Shown here: piece after piece, positions 60,145 through 64,000 of the stretch | Numbering within the stretch: position 1 is the stretch's first letter | How the letters are laid out: each line of letters starts with the position of its first letter | NCBI GenBank assembly: GCA_014905635.1 | Contig: CM026547.1 | Span: forward strand, 1,116,001-1,180,000 | DNA from: Scenedesmus sp. PABB004 | Lineage: Eukaryota | DNA length: 64,000 nucleotides | Direction of reading: 5' to 3' | The notes under the pieces: model-generated | Told to the model about the DNA's origin: nothing | Database searches by the model: none | What the model saw: the letters and a program-made list of their open reading frames with translations, nothing else | Translations under genes and position numbers: made by a program

Positions 60145-63100
60145 ATGGCCGCCGCCGAGCTGCGGCTGCTGGGTGCGCCCCGGCCCGCCCGCGCCGCGCC
60201 GACGCGTGGCCACGGCCTCACCCGACACGCCGCGCCGCCGCAGTGCGAGACCCGGAGTCGGTCAACGTGCTCGCGGGGCTCCCTGATCTCGCCGCCACGC
60301 CGCTCGCCAAGTGCGGCGCCGCCGGCGCCCCTGGGGCCCCCGCGGGCGGCGCGGTGCGCGGCCGGACGCTCACAGCGCCGCCCCCGACCCGCAGTGCGCC
60401 CGCAAAGATCGCGGCGTGCTCGCCCGACGGCGTCAAGCTCGCCGCCGTCACCGAGCCGTGCGTGGACGTGTATGAGCTCGCCACGGGCAAGAAGGTGCGC
60501 CGCCGCGCGCCCCCGGGCGGCCAGCAGCGCCAGGGCGCATGGCCGCGCGCCAGGGCGCTGGGCGTGCGGCGCGGCCCGCCGCGACGCGCCCGCTGCGCCC
60601 GCCGCGGCTGCCGCCCGCAGCTGACCACGCTGCCGGTGCCGGGCGTGCTGATGATGGATTGGAGCCGGACCGGCGCCTACCTCACCACCGCGCAGCGCCC
60701 GAGCAAGGGCGCCGACGGCGCGCCGAACAAGAACATCAAGGCGCGCCCCGCGGATGCGGCTGCGGCGGCGTGCGTGCTGCGCGCGCCCGGCCCCGCCCGG
60801 CCCCGCCCGACCCCCGCCCGCCGCGCGCGCGCGTGCCGCAGATCTGGGACGTGACGACGGGGGCGCTGCTGCTGGAGCTGGGCGTGAAGAGCGTGAACAA
60901 GGAGGTCTGGCCGCTGCTGCAGTGGGGCGCCGGCGACGCCGCGGTCTACCACGGCGTGACCAACACAATCCACCAGTACCGCCCCGTCGATGGCTTCAAG
61001 GGTGCGGGGCCCCTCGCCGCGCGCAGAGCAGGGGCAGGCAGGGGCAGTGAAGCGGCAACGGCAGCATGCGCGGCCGGCGCGCGCGCTGAAGCCGCCCGCT
61101 GCCGCCGCTGCGGGTGCCGCCCGCCGCCCGCCGGCGCAGCGCCCAAGAAGATCCCCATCAAGGGCGTGTCGTCGTTCGCGCCCGCTCCCGCGCCCGGCAC
61201 GACGCTGCTGGCGGCGTTCATACCCGAGGCCAAGGGCCAGCCCGCGGTCGCGACCGTGGTCGACGCGTCCGGCCCCGACCCCGTCACCATCAGCCGCAAG
61301 AGCTTCTTCCGCGCCACAGGTGCGCCGCGCCGGGGGCTGCGCCGCGCGCCGCTGCGCCGCGCGCCGCGCCGCGCCGACGCCCGCGCCGCGCGCGCGGCGG
61401 CGCCGCGCAGGCGCGCAGCTGATGTGGAACGCGCCGTCGACGGCGTGCCTCTTCATGGCGACGTGCGAGACGGACGCGACCAACCAGAGCTACTACGGCG
61501 AGAGCAAGCTGCACTACCTGCCCGCGGCGCGCGAGCGCGCCGACGACGCGTGCGCGGTCGCCATGCCCAAGGACGGCCCCGTGCACGACGTGCAGTGGTC
61601 CCCCGCGGGCGACTGCTTCGTCGTCGTCGCGGGGTTCATGCCGGCAAAGGCGAGCCGCCGGCGGCGGGGGCCCAGGGGCGGCGGTTTTAGGGCTGGAGCG
61701 GCGGGGCACGCCGCCAGCGGTGCCGGCGCCGCGGGGCGCGCGAGCGCGGGCGCTGACGCGCAGCGGCCGCCGCCGCCCGCCTGCCGCGGCGTGTGTGCGC
61801 GCGCAGGTGATGCTGCACGACGCCAACTGCAAGCCCGTGTACGACCTGGGCAGCGGGCCGTACAACACCGCCGCGTGGAGCCCCTCCGGCCGCTTCTTCG
61901 CGGTCGCGGGCTTCGGCAACCTCCCGGGTGCGCGCAGCGGCGCGTGGCGCCGCCCGGGCGCGCGCCGCCGCCGCGCGGCTGCGACGCCCGCGCGCCCGCG
62001 CCCACGCGCGCCGCCGCCCGCCCGCGCGCGTGCGCGTGCGTTGCCGGCGTGCAGGCGACATTGTGTTTTACAACAAGCTCGCCAAGTTCTCCTGCAAGCA
62101 GATGGGCGCGACGCGCAGCGGCAGCGCTGTGACGGCCGCGTGGTCGCCGTGCGGGCGCTACCTGCTCACGTCGACCACCGCGCCGCGGCTGCGCGTCGAC
62201 AACAACATCCGCGTGTTCACCTACTACGGTGCGCGCGCGAGCGGCAGCAGCAGCAGGGCCGCACGCGCCGCGCCGTGCCGCGCTCCGCCGCGCCGCACCG
62301 GCCGCTCAACCCCCGCCGACCCGCGCGCCGACCCGCGCAGGCAAGAAGGTGTGCGAGCGGCCGTTTGAGATCCTGCTGCAGGCGGCGTGGCTGCCGCCGC
62401 CGCCGGGCACGACGTACGAGGACCGCCCGCCGTCGCCCGGCCGCGTGGCGGCGGCGGCGGCCACGGGCGGCGTCGCCGGCGCCGTCGCCGCCGCGGCGAA
62501 GCAGGCGTACCGCCCGCCCGGCATGCGCTCGCTGCACGCGCACCTCGCGGAGGGCGCGGCGGCGATCAACGCCAACGCGCCGACCTTCAGCCTCGCGTAC
62601 GACGCGAGCAGCAAGCCGGGGCGCGTCACCGCGGAGCGCACCGCCGGCGGCAAGCCGCTGCCGCCGGGCGCCGAGTTTGTGAGCAAGGCGGCGAGCAAGA
62701 ACGCGAAGAAGCGCGCCAACAAGAAGGCCAAGGCCGGCGGCGAGGGCGGCGACGACGACGGCGCGGCGCCGGAGCAGGAGCAGCAGCAGCAGCAGCCGGC
62801 GCAGGCGCAGGCGCAGCCGGCGCAGGCGCAGGCGCAGCCGGCGCAGGCGCAGGCGCAGCAGCAGGTCGCGGGCGTGACGGCGCAGATGGCGGCCGCGAGC
62901 GTCGGCGGCGAGGGCGGCGCGGACGCGGCGCAGAAGCGCGTGCGCGCGCTGCAGAAGAAGCTGCGGCAGATACAGCAGCTCAAGGAGCGCCGCGACAAGG
63001 AGGGTGAGTGCGGCGGCCGCGCGCGCGCTGGCGGCTCGCCGATGGGGTGCCCTGCTCACGCACCACGCGCCCGCCCCGCGCGGCGCGGCGCCGCAGGCGC

Positions 63101-63188
63101 GGAGGCGCTCGAGTTGGAGCAGCTGCAGAAGATCGAGGCCGAGGCGGCGGTGATCGCGGAGATCAAGGAGCTCGGCGGCGAGGTGTGA
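60145..63188 (+). CDS. EIF2A: Eukaryotic translation initiation factor 2A
   Basis: RKSFF, DATNQSYYGESKLHYL, KDGPVHDVQWSP, GFMPAK, AGFGNLPGDI, WSPCGRY, STTAPRLRVDN, AYRPPG, SKNAKKR and C-terminal KRVRALQKKLRQIQQLKE. Confidence 0.94.
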
Positions 63189-63480
63189 ACGTCGCACAGG
63201 GGCTGAGAATGCGCGGACGGCGGCGGGCGGCGTCAGTTTTTCGAACGGCGGCCTGAGCTGTCGCGGCCGCCGTGCGCTGCAACCAACGCGCGAGCCCGCC
63301 CGCGCGCACACCCGCCGCTAGCTGAGAGCCTGGCTGGGGCCGCCGACGGAGGGGAGGCTGAGGCCGATAAACGCAACGCGGCGGCCGCTGCTCCTGTGGG
63401 GTGGGGGGCTCGCCGGCCGGGTCGCCAGCGGCCAGCGGCAGGGCGCTCCGTGATAGCCCAGCCGCGGCAGACGGAGCAGC

Positions 63481-64000
63481 ATGTGCTTCACCGCCACGCA
63501 CAGCGCCGTGTTCGCCGGCCTCGGCGCCGCGGCGACCGCGCTGCTGCTCTACCGCGGCCGGTCGTGGAAGTACTGCGGCCTGACCATCTACTTTACCATC
63601 ATGGAGGTGCGCGGCGGCCCGGCGCGGCGCCGAGGGCCGGCTGCTGCTGCGCGGCACTGGCTGCTGCCGCCCCGGTGCGTGAGCGGCGCCCAGTGGCGTC
63701 CAGCAGCTCACCAGCCTCCCCCCACGCGCAGGTGCTGCAGCTGCTCCAGTACCAGGTCATCGACCAGTGCGAGAGCAAGGCGAACCAGCTGCTCACGTGG
63801 GTGGCGTACGTCCACGTCGCGCTGCAGCCGGTCGTGTTCAACGAGTTTGTCTTCGGTGAGCGCCCCACCGCCCCGCACCGCACCGTGCGCCCGCGCGCCC
63901 CGCCCACGCGCCGCCCGCCCCGCGCGCCGCGCAGGCCAGCCACAGCCGGCGTTCAACTCGCCCGCGATCAGCAGGGAGGCCGACCTCATCGTGCACTGGA
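63481..64000 (+). CDS. DUF5765-like multi-pass membrane protein, 5' part; absent from the ORF track and runs off the window
   Basis: Exons 63481-63606, 63732-63855 and 63935->64000 translate as MCFTATHSAVFAGLGAAATALLLYRGRSWKYCGLTIYFTIME|VLQLLQYQVIDQCESKANQLLTWVAYVHVALQPVVFNEFVF|GQPQP.... The MC(F/W)...YFTxME.LQ...Y.VIDQC....N......Y.H...QP...N pattern recalls DUF5765 from memory. Confidence 0.72.
   Translation, partial: MCFTATHSAVFAGLGAAATALLLYRGRSWKYCGLTIYFTIMEVRGGPARRRGPAAAARHWLLPPRCVSGAQWRPAAHQPPPTRRCCSCSSTRSSTSARARRTSCSRGWRTSTSRCSRSCSTSLSSVSAPPPRTAPCARAPRPRAARPARRAGQPQPAFNSPAISREADLIVHW

Overview
This window is very GC-rich (roughly 75-80% by eye), intron-dense eukaryotic nuclear DNA. 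The gene set and the TGTAA poly(A) signal point to a chlorophyte green alga; that assignment is inference. Most long ORFs in the supplied track are GC-bias artefacts. The real genes are spliced and I rebuilt them by hand. I find 18 protein-coding loci: the 5' part of a DNAH6-like axonemal dynein heavy chain (-), a membrane alpha/beta hydrolase (-), a Pro-rich secreted sulfatase (+), an EDR2-like PH-START-DUF1336 protein (-), a large coiled-coil protein (+), a plastid SLOG/DprA-like protein (+), a secreted ETDVDCGG Cys-repeat protein (+), a divergent cyclin (+), class I TPS1 (-), a small conserved hypothetical protein (+), SSADH (+), a Raf-like kinase (+), class I FBP aldolase (+), a TPR protein (+), an ABC1 kinase (+), adenylate kinase (-), eIF2A (+) and the 5' part of a DUF5765-like membrane protein (+). 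The most notable observations are very frequent GC-AG introns (including a paralogous GT/GC intron pair and a 12-nt micro-exon), a sulfatase with a non-canonical CAQTR active site plus a C-terminal CxxCH, a lamin/NMCP-like architecture, and two intron-containing genes of bacterial or viral-type families. About a dozen 1-nt frameshifts, mostly in homopolymer runs, are most likely assembly errors. I saw no rRNA, tRNA, CRISPR array or autonomous transposon.
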